A stretch of DNA of 64,000 bases, taken from NCBI RefSeq assembly GCF_004010195.1, contig NC_057756.1, positions 2,140,020 to 2,204,019 of the forward strand, in the 5' to 3' direction. A model generated the notes under the pieces. The model saw nothing but the letters and a program-made list of their open reading frames with translations. It had not been told where the DNA came from and searched no databases. The stretch comes from Chiloscyllium plagiosum (lineage: Eukaryota). The translations under genes were made by a program, and so were the position numbers. Shown one piece after another: positions 12,190 through 26,402 of this stretch. Every line of letters starts with the position of its first letter. Positions within the stretch are counted from its first letter, which is position 1.

Positions 12190-14830
12190 AAGACCATAAG
12201 ATATACGACATAAATTAGGCCATTCAACCCAATGACTCTGCTCCGTCATTCAAAAATGGAGGATAAGCTTCTAAAACGCATTGTCTCCCTTTATGCCCAT
12301 AACATTGCATCTCCTTGACAATCAAGAGCCTATCTACCTACTTATTTAATATATTCAATGAACTGACGTCCACAGCCTTCAGTGGCTGTGAATTCAATAA
12401 ATTTAACACACATTGGCTCGAGACGTTTTTCTTTATGTCCGTTCTAAAAAGTGTTCCCTTTGCTCCAAATGTGTGCCCGAGGAATCTAATCACTTAGCAA
12501 CTGAAATATCTTTCAAAATTTAATCTGTCCGATCCATTCAGTATTCCGTAAGATTATTTTAGATTTCCCGTCATCCTTCCAGATTTAACTGAACACAAAC
12601 CAAGATTCCTCAAACGTTCTTCATATATCAAGTTTTTCATTTCTAGAACCATTCTTATGAAACTGTTCAGAGTATGTTCCTGAGCGAGTAAATTCCTCTG
12701 GAGATATAGGTCTCCAAACTGTGAACACTACGCTCAATGTGGTCTGACCAGAGCCTTATTGAGCCTGAGAAATACCTTCTTGCTTTTATTTTCAATGTTC
12801 TCACAAGAAAAGACTATGGTGAGTTTGTGTTCCTCAATACGGACTCAACCTACAAGTTTACCTTAAGAGAATCCTGGACCTGCTTTCCCAGGTCTATTTG
12901 GACTTCAGACTCCTGAATGTTTTTCCCCATTTAAAAAATAGTCCCAGCCTCTGTTCTTCCTCTCAAAGTGCATAGCCTCACAATTTCCCATTGTACTTCA
13001 TCTGACATTTCTTTGCCCATGTTCGAATCATTCCAAATCGTTCTCTAGCCTCCCTTCCTTGTCAATACTACCTGTCCTTCTACCTTTTTTGTATTGTATG
13101 CATACTTAGCCAGAATTCCCTCTGTTCCATCATTACAATTATTAATCTTGCAAGTGAAAAGTTGTTTTCCCTACATGGAGCCTTGTAGAGCATCACATAT
13201 ACATGGTTCCCACTATGACTCTGCTTTCTGCCAAACGGCTGATATTCTAAACATGATTACATCTTGTCGCTAACAACATGGGCACTTATCTTAGTCACCA
13301 GCCTCCTGTGCATGTGAAAGGCCTTCTTGAAGTCTAGGAAGAAAAAAATCTTTCAGTCTTCTTTTACCATTCTCGCTACTTTCTATAAAGAATACTAACA
13401 ACTATTTTACGCTTGACCTCCCGTTGATTAAACCTCCTTGACGTTGTCGTACTTTATGATACATTTCCAAGTATTCAGAAAGTTCACCCTTCACAGTAGA
13501 TTTCCGGATTTTACCCAACCAACAAGTGGATCAACAACAAACTTCAGTGGATCACTCTCTAGTTTTCCAATTTTTTGCCTTACTCCTTTATTAAACAGCG
13601 GTGTCGCATTGGCGATTTTCCAGTCCTCTGGGATCTCCCTGCCCCTAGCTCTTCCTGAAAAGTCACCACTGACGCCTCCACAATTGCGTTTGCTGTCTCT
13701 CTTGGAACTCTGGTGTGTAGTCGATCTCTGCAGATGATTCACCCACGTTCAGATGATTCAGGTTTTCTTCCGGATTCCCCTTGGTGATGTTTAACATGCA
13801 CAGCTTTGCGTATTCCCTTTCTTGAGGTTTTTTTTTGGTGGGTGGGGGGTGATATTACTCCTTTGTTCCACTGCGAATACAGATACGATGTAATTTTTCA
13901 TTCCCTCAGCCATTTTCTTTTTCTTTCTGCAGTACTATCTTTCCAGCGTTACATTCTTTCAGTCCAATGTCCACGTTTGTCTGGCGCCTGCCTTTTTTCA
14001 CATATGAACAAACTCTTGTTATCTTCCTTAATATTAAGCGTCATACTTAGTCTTGGCCCTACCTTTTTTTATATTTCTTTACTCTCTCTGTTGATCTTTG
14101 TAAGCTTCCAAATACTATGCTCCCCCAAGTACGTGCTAACCACCATTATATGTTTTCCCTTTTGCTGCGATGCTATCCATGACTTTCCCATTCAGCCATG
14201 ATTGCTCCACCCTGTCTGTACAATGCTTCGTTTTCCTAAGGATGAATGTTTCTTGTATCTCCTGACTTATTCTCAGAAACTCCTGCGATTGCTGTCCCAC
14301 TGTGTCTCCTACAAACCTCTCCTCTATGATAATTCTGCCCAGCCTCTCCTTCACGCCTCAGTAATTGCTTTTATTCAACTCTGGTACCGTCACCCCGATT
14401 CTATCTTCCCCCTCTCAAATTGCAGAGTAAGTTCAATCATAGCATGATCACTGCCTCAAAAGATCCATTCACTTAAACTCCCCTTATCAAGTTTGCCTCA
14501 TTGAACAACACTAAATACAGTATTGCCTCTTCTGAAGTGGGCTCCATCATAAACCGCTCCAATAAGTCATCTCATAAAAATCCACAAATTCCTTCCCTTG
14601 TAAATCACTAGCAAACTGATTTTCCCAATTCAGTTGCAAATGGAAATCCCTCATGAGCACAGTAATTTTGACTTTCCTTCACATCTTTTCTATATGCTGT
14701 TGTATCTTGCGCCCAAGCTGCTGACTATTGTTTGGAGGTTGATACATAATTCCAACTATGCCTTTTTCTTACCTTTGCTTTGCCTCAACTCTAACCACAC
14801 CGATTCTTCACCATCTGACCTTACTTGGAT
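12190..14830 (-). mobile_element. CR1 LINE ORF2, long decayed copy with internal deletions
   Basis: ORF 13491..13742(-) PEDWKIANATPLFNKGVRQKIG; 3' tail at about 12190 (gaccataagata, attaggccattcaaccc); endonuclease-like sequence near 14400-14830. Confidence 0.85.
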
Positions 14831-17244
14831 GTATGTCATTTCTTAATAGTTAGGCAACCCCTCTCCATTCATATACAATTCATTGTTATAACGTGTGGCA
14901 ACAAAATGTGATATCAAAAGGTCTCAAATTAATTTTTAACTGCTTCCTCCATTTTCTCCATAATTTTGTTGGAAAACTCTATTTTCTGTCCTTATCCATG
15001 ATCAATTGTGGTCCATTTAAAGAGTAATCATTTATATATTTATTTCTAAAAGCCTCTAAACTTTCTATATAAATTTGTACGAATTTATTCTGAAAAGGTG
15101 TTGCTTACTAGCAAATGCACACATCAGCTTACACATGGAACAAGAGTTTTATGGAGACATTGTTTTTCAAACAGTCTTGCTTATTTATCCGCCATAAGCG
15201 CATATAATGCACGCGCCAGGTCAATTAGATGGTAATAGGTTCAGTACTCCCCCAATCATCATTCGTGTTGATATCTTGCACTGCTTCCCATCACCAGTGG
15301 AGGACTTGCGATCATCTCCATTCAGCAGCATGATGTTACGCAAACGATCAGTAGACTTTTAAATCGATCACAATACCTTGTGAACACGTTTAAGATTGGT
15401 AAATGGTTCATGTGAAATGGTAATCAGAAAACATCTATGAGATTGCATGGCACGAAGGTGAGTTGGAATTTCTGCATTGTCACTCATAGGGACAGAGAAA
15501 ATTTTTGGTGCACAGCGAAGGTGTCTGCTATCATATCGTAGATTTTAACACTATAAATTCGACTCCTGTAGTTACGAAATGACCAACAGGGAAAACAATG
15601 AAATAGGATGTCTTAAATGTTGATGGTTAGCTTTCCCTCATTGTAATCAAACATTGGAAATGTGTAAACCAATCTGATTTTGTGATTTTTAAAATTAATA
15701 TACGCATGGTGCCTTTGGAACACTACTTCCATTACAGAGGCCGGACGCACACATAGGCAACTGAAAAAGATGTTTCTTTTGCTCCAACTATTGAAACAAA
15801 AATAACGTTTAAAAGCAGGGAAACCTTTAATATCTGATTTTTTTTTGTTTTTATTCTTCAATTCAGAAACGTTTACCATATCCTGCAAAGTAAGCCTTCA
15901 TGTCTTTAAGTGTTGAGAAAATTTCGAAGACATGCGCTCCTTAAAAATAGCCATGTTATTTTAGACGTGAGCTGTTCTGGACCAGAGGGCATACCAATTC
16001 CCTCTTTGGTGCGCAAACCTTCAATTCCACCCGTTTTCATGAATAAATTCACTACCAATAGTCCAGATCATTTTTTACAATGAGTTTCTCCAAATCTGCA
16101 CAAAAATCTATCATTTTGACATATTCGTTTATTCTAAGGTGCCTTGACCATACGTTTGTTTGCAATATAATTCAAGTATTGTCACGAAATGGTATATAAG
16201 TAATATATAATGGTGGTCAGCTGTTTCAAGCAGTCAGTAGCAAATTATTTTGATTCATTTATTTTGTAATTTCATTAACATGTACTCAGCATTAATTTAA
16301 TCTATATTTACAATCTACGGGTCACATCAGCAACAAGGTAAAATGTAGGCTGCATGCGATGTCCAACTTTGAGAGTGCAGCTTGAATTATTACACATCTG
16401 AGATCATTAGAACTGAACGCATTTGTATTACAATAAACCTTACATCATCGAGACATATTATAAGGGGAAAGGTCTCCTGCAAATCAATTAGCACGTTACG
16501 ATGCTAACCACCAGGTGATCCGACATTTGAAAAATACATTTTCCCGAAAAAGAGGTGACATGACCGTCTGTCATATCTGCATAATTTCGACTAAAGGCAA
16601 TGGAAAGTTTGTCATTAATTGAAGGCATGGCATAGACAAGATTTCACTTTAACAATGTGTGCAGCTTGTCAGATAATTAATAATAAGTCTTGAAAAGTGA
16701 AAATAAAATGAGTGTGTTGATTTGCGAGATAAAACAGAATGAAAAATGAAGTTAACATTGTGTCACAATGTGAAATGCACTTGGTGATGTATATTGATCC
16801 TGGTCATATGCAGGGTTAAGTCAATGTAATGAAACTGAAACTCTCAGATGCATACTGCTGAGGTCGTCGGGATATTCTGATCAAAATACTCTTTTTGTTG
16901 AACTGATCACTTTTACATGCATGTTGGTTCTAAAATGTTTAATATGGTGAAATAATCAGGTAACGATCGGGCCACATTTTACGGGTTCGAGCAGATGGTG
17001 ATCATGGATTCGTTAGAAGATATTTTGAGACTTTGCCAGATAATCGTTTTTTTTAATGGATTATATTTGCTTTAATAACAACATTGAATGTCACTAATGA
17101 ATCAACATCACAGAAGGCTTTCTCAAAAGAAAATATAACAACTACTATACCAATTTAAACTGGAACTGTATGAAACTAAATACTACAACAGAGTTTTAAT
17201 ATCTGTATCCAGACTGTATTAACACTGAGCAACAAAACAGGCTA

Positions 17245-17420
17245 GTATAATTGCAGCATTTAACCGGCATTTGCATGGGTATATGAATAGGAAGGGTTTG
17301 GTGGGATATGGGCTGAGTGCAGGCAGTTGGGAATAGATTGGATTGAGATAACCGTTCGGCCTGAACGGTTTGGACCAAAGAGTCTGTTTCCATGCTGTTC
17401 GTCTCTATGACTTTATAACT
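17245..17420 (+). mobile_element. CR1 LINE 3' end fragment
   Basis: gggtatatgaataggaagggtttgg, ggaccaaagagtctgtttccatgctg and ctctatgact form a typical CR1 tail; homologous to 22800-22955. Confidence 0.8.
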
Positions 17421-19099
17421 CAATGGTCAGCTATTTATCAGAATTCTCATAGTAAAGAATTTTGTTTTATGGATTTTGTTTCTGCTGTTTCTGCTAGTTT
17501 CTAATATTCATCAGTAAATTCAATTCTTGGAGCCCTAAAGTTAGTTCAAAAGTTCACTATTACCAATCAAGATTGATGGTTCAATGTTTTACCTGCACAT
17601 ATCTTCTCAGACGAATACTACAAACTATGAGAACATTGCTTTTCTTTTCGGAAATCTGTGAAAAGTGCAAAAATCTTTTCAACGATCCACTTAATTTTAG
17701 TTTTTTTGACTAACCGAATTCGAAAACCCACGCCCGAATGAATGAACAACTCTGCCAGCCTATGATTGTCTTTGTGTTTGTAATGTCATAACATGAAGTC
17801 GCTAAAAATAACTTTCAATTCAGAGTTCTTTTATACATACCCAGTCCAAATCTTGTTTACATATGTTTGGAAGCGGATGATTCTTTGTATATTATACCTT
17901 TCGCTCAATGATTAAGATTACTGGCTGAAATCTGTAGAGCAAATAAAAAGTTCAGATCCCTGGAAAAAAAAAGTAACTGATACGACGGAATTTGAAGCAC
18001 GTCGAAAAGGGTAGGACAGGTTTCTGCATGACGAACATTCCAATACCAGTAGAGAGGAAAATACTGCAGACAATGCTGCAGGGCATCCTTAATATGCACA
18101 AGAAAAGCTATAGATTTGTTTCCAATAAAAATAATTTATTGTTTTGTTAAGGGGATGTCTAAAAAATGGAGATCATGTGTGTTGATAATGGTAATGGATT
18201 GGACGTGGTCTCGTTGGATGCCACACAAACTCTTTCCAAGCTGATGCACGACTGACTGATGGTGAAATAAAAAAATGCGTTGCATTCAGGGAAAAATAAT
18301 TGATCGATAACAGAAGTAGATTATCAAGTAGTGCAATTGTTGTTTTTTTGCACTGCAATTTAGTCTTCAGCTGTGTCACACATGGACCATTTTTTGTGCT
18401 GTTGCTGATTGTGATAGTGGAGGCGATGGCCGAGTAGGATTGATCACCTAAGTATTAAAGCATAGAGCGAAAGCGAGGATTACAGATGTTGGAGATCAGA
18501 GTCGGTACATGTTTGGGAAATGTAAATCGAATTGCATTAATTGGCAGAATAAAAAGAGGTAAATTTAAAATTTACACTTATTTCGAAGCCAAGTAAAACT
18601 AGAGGTCAGTAATGAAGAAAAGGATATCCAGCAATGCAAACGTCAAGATGGCGTGCAAGAAATGCAACTTCATAAGAAATGATACAACACACATAACCAA
18701 GCAATTTATTTGGTTATCTATAAACAACATGAATTTGTGTTTATAAGTTGACTATTTTATCCAATTCTGGTCTCTAACACCGACGTGGCATCCACTGGAA
18801 CTCGCTGAGGGTACCGGTTTAGATTTTACTTTGACTCATTATAGAATGCCACGCCTTCCTTCACAAAGCAGATTATATTGAGACTTGACATGATTAAATT
18901 AGAGAATGCAAATACGAAGTTAGCAGTTATTCTAACTGGAACGACAGACTTGCTTATTGGAAGCTTTTTAAGGTTGTGCGTTTCTGAGATTTTTAAAAAT
19001 AAAATCGATAGCATACTTGCCATTCACTAGTATGACAATAGAACATGATGTGGTGAATTTTACACATTTTTGCACTGCTCCAGGTTCTGTGTCTCCTGA

Positions 19100-21700
19100 T
19101 CCGCTCTCTTAATGTGGCAACACACAGCTAATACTTCCACAACACACGATCCGCTTTACTTCAGTACTCCCCGGAACATATAATGATGTGGCCAGTCCCC
19201 AAAGGGGATGAGATTACATAGAAGATCGTTTTCATATCTCAACTATCGTTGTCTAGTTTAATTTTCCAACTTCTGGATTGTCCTGCTGTTCACCTCACTG
19301 TGATTGGTCGTTATTGCCCTCTGCCTGTCTCGGTTGTTCCTTGTTTGGACTTGGTCAAATGTGGCTTTGGGACACTTGATCCAGTCGACATCACTGGCCT
19401 CAACTCCCTCATTTCGATATTCCCAAAGGCATCCCCCTGATGCTGAGGTCCAGCTGCTCCACGTTTCACGTCTTGCTCTACTCCTGACATGACAAATGTC
19501 CTGTATCAGCCACAACCAATGCTGGTCATAATTTCTCTCCAGACATAATTCAGGGCCATCGTGCTCTTTTGGAAATGCCTTGACATTTAGTCATCAGCTC
19601 ACCCACCACTCCTTACGATCTGTCCATTTTTGATTTCACAGTAATGTCCCAATGATCTCTTCCAGCCACTGCAAGTCAAACAGGGTTCTTATCTGGCAAT
19701 TGGTCATTGAGCCCACATGCACATTTAGTCGTCAGACGTCCTTCTCTTAAGAATGCTGAGGAACTTGTTGTATTGCTGTCCGAGTCATCGCTCCTGGTGT
19801 GAGGACTTTAAAGTTTGTAAATTGTCTCCACTCGACCTTATTTCTCAAGGAATTGCGGACCAGGACTCAAACGTCTGAGCCCATGATTTTCTATATTCTC
19901 CTCGAAATTTGTGGCAAAATTGATGGGCCATTGTCACTCACGAGATGTTTGTGATTTCTGAAATTGGTAAATACTTCAAACAATCGGGATAACGTTGTTT
20001 CTGCTGACACTATTGGGTGTCAAGATTATATTATAAAAAGGTAACCTAGATTTTTTAATTTTCTTATTTTAAAGTTTGATGGAAAGTGGGCATCCCAGGC
20101 AACTGTTTAAATGACTCAGTTTTAAGCAAAACATAACTTGTTGAAACAGTGCAGTAGAAAGACGAACCAAAGAAATCAGATTTTCGAATAACTTGCGTAT
20201 AAGAAAACTTAGATTGTATTCACAGTGTTAACTGATTAACTGTTCCAATGCGACAAAACTCCACAACCACACGAGAGGGGAGAAAGAAAATGACAGAGAT
20301 TTCAGACACCATCAAATAACCAACATTCACTCAATCTTGCAGACGTTCTCGCATTCACATGTATTGTGACTGCTGTGGCAAAAAAAAACGCAAAAGCACT
20401 GAACTGGGAGAACTGCTCACTTCCCTTTGATTCGTCAGCTTTTAAAAAGAAACAAGCTCCCTGGAGTCTTCTCCACTTTTGCATTTGCAACCTCTCCTCA
20501 ATAAAAAAGGACTAAATAAACCTTTGAAACTGACAGTATTGTCACAGTACCAACCTGATTATCAATATTTGGCGCCACTTGGATGTAGTATCCACAACCA
20601 TGCGTGTCATCTGTCCCTCCAAATGTTCGGCGAAATCGACATGAATCCGCTGCCATGGTGATTGGGTTTATTTCTATTGTTGAAGTGGTGACAACAGCAA
20701 TGCATGCGATAATAATGTTGAGAATTCACATGATCCCGTTTTCTCTTCAATATTACCTATATTTCTCTTCGGTGTTGAAAATTCCTTCCTGGCTATTGCT
20801 TCAGGCACAAAACATGGAAGTGACCTTGAAGCATCGCTTTCAAGATCAAACTCGAAAGGGGAGAAGAAAAACAACGCTCATTCCTCACAATAAAAAAACG
20901 TTTGATGTGGATAACTCCCACCTATTGAACAGTTACGGGCGTAATTTCGCACGGTTTCTATGACATATCCTTCCCCTGAGGGATAGTACCAATATTAAGC
21001 TCAACACCAGGTCAGTCTGGATAGCATTCATACTTGAGAAGCTGACACCAGTCTCTTGTTGTCCTGAGAAAAATGCATAATTTTCATCTTCGTGTTGAAA
21101 ACAACCACATTTCCTGATTGTGGTAACGTTGATATAGCATCTGCATTGCCGTACCTCTCGGACTGTCATAATTGATACTAATGAGTATGCTGACAGAGCC
21201 AATGTCCAACTCTGCAATGAGGGTGCATCCATTGGCACTATTACCCAATTCCAGTCAAAACATCCTGGGTAGTGGCCAATGGTGCATTTGGCAGCAGCAA
21301 ATGCCTGGTGAAACAAAAATTGATAAATTTCTTAACACTATAAACGATGCTGATTTATTCCATTCCTCATTTTTGCTCACTTATTTTCTGTTATCACTAG
21401 TAACCTCGATGAAAAAGAATGATTCTTCTCTCTCCGTCAGGCAAGACATGTGGCAGTAGAGCGCCAAGGTGTGTCAGCTCACATCAATTGCAGTGGCATG
21501 TTTGAATGGCAATACATCAGCACGTCTGGGAATTTCGCGTGCTTGCTTGAACTCTCGGTCAGCCTCCTCGAATTCCTGTGTCCATTTCCAAGTTCGTAAA
21601 TTCCCAGAGAACAATACATTTGCATTAGCACTGTTGCCAGATCAGACATGAACATTCCATAGCAATTTACAGTGCCGAACATGATTCACTTTGAACTATT
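19100..21700 (-). pseudogene. Decayed Gypsy LTR-retrotransposon pol (RT connection, RNase H, integrase)
   Basis: Minus-strand fragments in correct pol order: WKWTQEFEEA (about 21580), PSLQSWTLALSAY (about 21200; cf. ARLQRWALLLSAY), MLSRL, IEEKTGSCE, PWQRIHVDFA..VVDTTSKW (about 20570-20660), LVSDNGP (about 19930); many stops and frameshifts. Confidence 0.8.
20018..20545 (-). mobile_element. Probable solo LTR inserted into the Gypsy integrase
   Basis: About 530 bp of non-coding sequence beginning TGTGAC and ending TTGACA on the minus strand; it separates integrase motifs VVDTTSKW and LVSDNGP; no TSD recognised. Confidence 0.4.
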
Positions 21701-22499
21701 ATCTCTAGTGTATAGGCCTTCATAGTAGCCTGTGTATTTTGGGCACGTTTTTCAGTTCGTTCACTTTGATTAAATGACACATGTACTCTCTGCAGTTGGA
21801 AAAAAATACTTCAATTTCTCCGCGTTACCTCCTGCATTCTTTGTAAGTGTTTTCTTTTTTAATTATTTATTTGTTCTTCAAATAGCATTCACACAACACT
21901 GGACACCTGGCAATGCACTCATAGTTTGATCCATTGCCACCTGCAACAGAGCCAGCCCTAAAGTGATGTAAAAATGATGTCGCCTCTAGTGGAGCAGAGG
22001 TGACAGATACATTTTTGAGAATTGCGGTCACGAAGCTAGTCCAAATAGCAGATCCACAATGAGCAAAATAATAGTTTTACCTGAGCGTAGTCGAGTGTGT
22101 CTTCAAAGTCAGCAGGACAACATTTTTTTTCAAGTTGATGATTAGAGTCGCATATTAACTGGTAAATCCTGATGCCAATGTCCTTTTTAAATCAACCATT
22201 GAAACGTGACACCACCTTTGGCAGGATGGCTGACAAATGCTTTCCGACTCCTTGGTTGAGTTTTGTGGCCATAGTATATTCGTTTTACTCTTTTTGTGTT
22301 GTTGAAGAGATGTTGAAACAGATATATAGGGCATTTTTATCTCAGCGAAAGAAGCCAGTACAGTACATCAGCATGAATGTATGCTGTCAGTCCTACACAG
22401 AGACAAGGTTTTAACTTAGCATTTTGTTATTTGTTGATATTTTGGAAGGTGGTTGTGAAATCTATTGCATCTCACTCTCTACCTTCACTTCCACTCTCT

Positions 22500-22955
22500 A
22501 CCTCGATGAAGAAGGTTACCTGAGATTACAACGTGATCTTGAATAGATGGGCCAAATGGCTGAGAAGTGGCAGATGGAGTTTAACTTAGAAAAATGTGAC
22601 GTACTGCATTTTGCGAAAGCACATTTTTGCAGACCTTATACGCTTAATGTTAAGGTCCTTGGAGTGTTGCTGAACTAGAAGGCTAGGTTTTGGGTGAGAG
22701 TGGAGAGATATAGAAGAGACCTGAGGGGCAGCTTTTTCACGCAGAGAATTTTCCGTGTATGCCAGAGGAAGTGGTGGAGGCTAGTATGATTGCAATGTTC
22801 AAAACGCATCGGGATGGGTATATGAATAGCAGTGGTTTGGTGGGTATGTGCTGAGTACTGGCAGGTGGGATTAGATTATGTTGGCATATCTGGTCGGCAT
22901 GGACGAATTGGATCAGAAGATCTGTTTCTATGCTGCACGTCTCTCTGACTCTTTA
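22500..22955 (+). mobile_element. CR1 LINE 3' fragment, internally deleted
   Basis: LQRDLE.MGQMAEKWQMEFNLEKCDVLHF followed by a CR1 3' UTR. Confidence 0.85.
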
Positions 22956-23039
22956 ACTGTAAACTAGCATTTTCTCTATTTCCAGAAATGCTTGTGAGAC
23001 AACTTGCTTTGCTGAATTTACCTTTGGCAATGGAGTGTT

Positions 23040-25150
23040 TATGGAATATTACTGCATTTGAACAATGACTGTTATTTTGTTAAGTTTTCACATAGAGTTC
23101 GGTTATTACAATTACCCAATTATTAAATTGATGTTTTATTTCCAGGTTAAATTAATGGTTATATTCCTTAAAGTTGAGTGGTGCAAACTATCAGATTCCA
23201 ACACCGCGAAATAAGATAACAGTTAGTGTTTTGGTTCTCTCCTTGATATATCTTAAAGGCTGTGTTCTGTTCCATATCAAATTGTGGGCGGCTTCTCATG
23301 AACAAACTCTATTATGCTAGTTTGGATTTTGGACTATTGGACTCAAATTGATAGCTTATTTTCTGCAGATGTTGTCTTCAGCTGGTTTAAGCAGGGTGCA
23401 CCAGGTATTTCAATGGCTATTCCAGTCACTGGATTTTTCCTGGGTTTGGAGCAAGTAACTTTAGGAAGTTAACAAATAGTGAGCAAGCCAATGCTTTCGT
23501 ATTTGGCAATGAAGCTGTATTTGGAATTACCTGTAACGATGCAGAAATGAATAATATACAATTCTGATTCCCAGGAACGCAAACAGAATCGTTCGAAACT
23601 GTTAAAACTCACTTGCAAACGAATCGGTTTGAATATGAAAAGGAAATGATACTGTTAGAGTTAAGATTGAAATCAAAAGAAAATTTTTAAAAAACAGAGA
23701 GAAGAAAGGTAAATTGAGAAATCGTTTGGACTTTGGAAGATACAACTAAATACTGCAAATCGACACAAAATTGTGGAGGTCGAAGTGAATGGTGGAAGCA
23801 ATGACCACGACAGTGCGGGAGAGCAATCCCATTGCAGCCAATGGCCTGTTGACGTTAATTTTAATATGTACACGCGTATCTTATGTACGACGAGAAGAAT
23901 GGGTTAGCCTCACTTTTAAAAGGAATGTTTTGAATAAGGAGCTAAAGAAATGAAAGACCGTTCACAATATGATTATTGCTGTTTCATAAAAAAAGGTAGG
24001 TAGCATCCATCAAGTTTTGCCTCACTTCTTGGAAGTCTGACGTGGAGCAACACGCCATCTTCAGTGCATGCAAGATCGTTCTAGATTTCTGCATACAATG
24101 TTATTGGAATTTCAGGAAGTAACCTATTCAAATGCACAGAGAGTTTGAAAGGATGGAACAAAGTAATTTTGATCGGGTGTACAAATGCTTTGAAAATAAA
24201 CTATGTTTCGCTTTTTTACTATTGTTTTGCTGTAGTTCAAAATTTCACTTCCAAACGTACTGAGTACTCATTTGCAAGAGCGGAGAGTTAATATTGCCAG
24301 TTGGAAGTGGAAATGACTGCTGATTATGGCTTGTTTAATCAAACAATGTTTGGCAGACGAAATATATTTCAGTCTGTGAGTGGACAGAAAGTGGGGAAAA
24401 GCCCATGTGTTTTAATTTCAATAAATTAGGAAACGTAAAGAAGCAGGATGGATGCTTTAAGAAAAAAAAAATGGGAGCCTAATTTTTGACAAGATACACC
24501 AGTGAGTTTAGTTCATGTGGTAAAAAGAAAGCACAGTGGAAGATAAAAAAAGCTACAAAAGATGCAAAATCTATTTTGGGGGTGGTTATAAAGCAGCAGA
24601 TTTTTTTGAAGAATTCACTTGCGTTGGTAAGCTTTACTTATGTGAGCTAGGAATGGCAGTAAAGAAAATATATTTTTAAATAGATATAAAGGAGCAAGTC
24701 AATCATTGATGACAAACTGTGAAGAGAAAATGCAATTAAGAAGGTTTTTTGCCCCAAACGGCAGCAATAAATGAATTGCATGTTTAGAAGAGTAATGTGC
24801 CATTGCATACGGTGAGGCTGGAGATTCTGCTGAAATGCGATGATGTGGTGGGAAAACTGATAGAGAATTTCTCAGATCAGAAGATGCAGTTTATCCTCAG
24901 GAATGATTTCGCTGGATCACAGTGGGGAATATCGCACGTAGAAATTCTGGCAACTGAGGTATTACAGGTGCTGTATCCCTGTTTTCTCCCTCGTGGTATG
25001 GCATCAAGATCACGAAACACAGAATAAGAAATCAGACAATAAATATAATGAAGGTGAACGTCAATTATCAGGTACTGTGTTTGATTAATGCGTTGAAAAT
25101 AAAGGAGAAACGTTGGAAGATAAAGTACACATAATTTTGAGTTACTATCT
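23040..25150 (+). mobile_element. Decayed Gypsy (Gmr1-like) element: LTR-like segment, gag, protease
   Basis: ORF 24797..25027 PLHTVRLE..QFILRNDFAGSQ resembles the Gmr1-like protease (VPLH.V.L....ILGNDLAG); decayed gag-like sequence lies upstream; boundaries approximate. Confidence 0.6.
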
Positions 25151-26402
25151 TTAAATGAAGCTCTTTTTAAAATGGTTCCACAGAATCCGATATTCATTCA
25201 ACAAGTCACACTTTATTTGCGCTTGGATTGTCCTTGAGTTGACTCCAACTACCTCAGAACGAACTCTGAGAGTGAGCAGAATTTCTAACATTCCTGTGTT
25301 TACCTGACAGCCAAGTCTCCCTGATTGGAACAGAATAACAACCCCAATAAGGGTACATCATAAAAACGGTCCACCTGGCTGACCTTGTTGCAATAACTTC
25401 ATTCCCCTGCCTCTGAATCCGAAGATATCAGCTGGATCTTATTTTGCAGCTTCACGAGCACAGGCCAAGTTCCTCCTTCTTTGCATCTAAAACGAACGGC
25501 ATGTAACACGCATTTGCTTGTCTGTTGCGTCCAAAGCATACCAGACGAAAATCATTTCATTCTACATTGGCAAAGGCATCGAAGTCACAGTACCTGCTCT
25601 GTCCATCACGAATTGTGAGGTGCATTCAACGCTACCTTGACAGCATTAGACAAACCATTATTTGCAGAGCACATCGAATAGTTATCGAGAAGCTGGACGT
25701 ATTTTACTCTCACACCATTTGGGTGTCTACAGTTTTCAGTTAGCCCGCGTGCTTCTTCAGGAAGGTCACAACAAACACCTTTAAAAGTCACTAAATTTGA
25801 CTTTTCACTGACATACCCATGCCGATGCAGAGCCATTCCTGTACTTCCAATGCCAAAATTCTTTCAAGGAAACAAATTATTTTTGTCTCTTAGTGACATA
25901 TTCTGTTCAACATTGGCGCTGCTGTGGCAGTTTCCACCCACTCCCTCACTGTGTAAAAAAATTCACCCCGTCCGCTCTGGAGTCATGAAGGTCAGATTTG
26001 ACTTAGTGCAGAGTCTGTTCCCAGTCAGCACACTACTGGAGCTATCGCTATCACTGCATGTGGGATACTGATTTGATCAGATAGTAACCACAGCAGTTCG
26101 TTACCCAATGAAGTTGTAGTCCGTCTCATTAACTTTGTCATAAAACCTTGGGTTTCTCTTTATGCCACACTGCAGAATAATAGATGATATGTAGCCTTAC
26201 ATTCGACTTTAGGACATATTCATATTCACTGCTGATACAGGAAGGCCCATTACATATGAACAGAACTTCCAGAGTCTGCACATTGTAAATTCTGTGAGCA
26301 ATACTTCCAACGTCGTCTCTGCATTTGACGAATGAACTCTATGATCGTCCAAAAGTTTTAATGAGCGTCCATAATGACTAACCGAGTTCACAGTTTACAC
26401 AG

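Noticed and set aside
15298..15462. Exon-like segment ending in GTGAGT, with a DVTQT peptide reminiscent of a TCR/Ig V segment
   Set aside because: All three frames contain stops, and there is no conserved Cys/Trp pattern or recombination signal sequence.
1200..19000. Numerous 60-130 aa ORFs in the supplied track
   Set aside because: They mostly have non-ATG starts and AT-rich low-information translations, or are antisense and alternate frames of repeats; no recognisable host protein.
20550..21630. Apparent in-phase GT-AG exon chain on the minus strand suggesting an intron-containing domesticated Gypsy gene
   Set aside because: Gypsy pol similarity continues through at least one supposed intron (20690-20920: ELSTSNVFLL.GM, IEEKTGSCE, LSPLQQ.K.TQSPW). 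One supposed exon has three stops, and the integrase frame is out of phase with the splice sites. This is a decayed element with chance splice-like sites.
21980..21995. CTCF-like motif cgcctctagtggag
   Set aside because: Imperfect single match beside decayed Gypsy sequence, with no supporting context.
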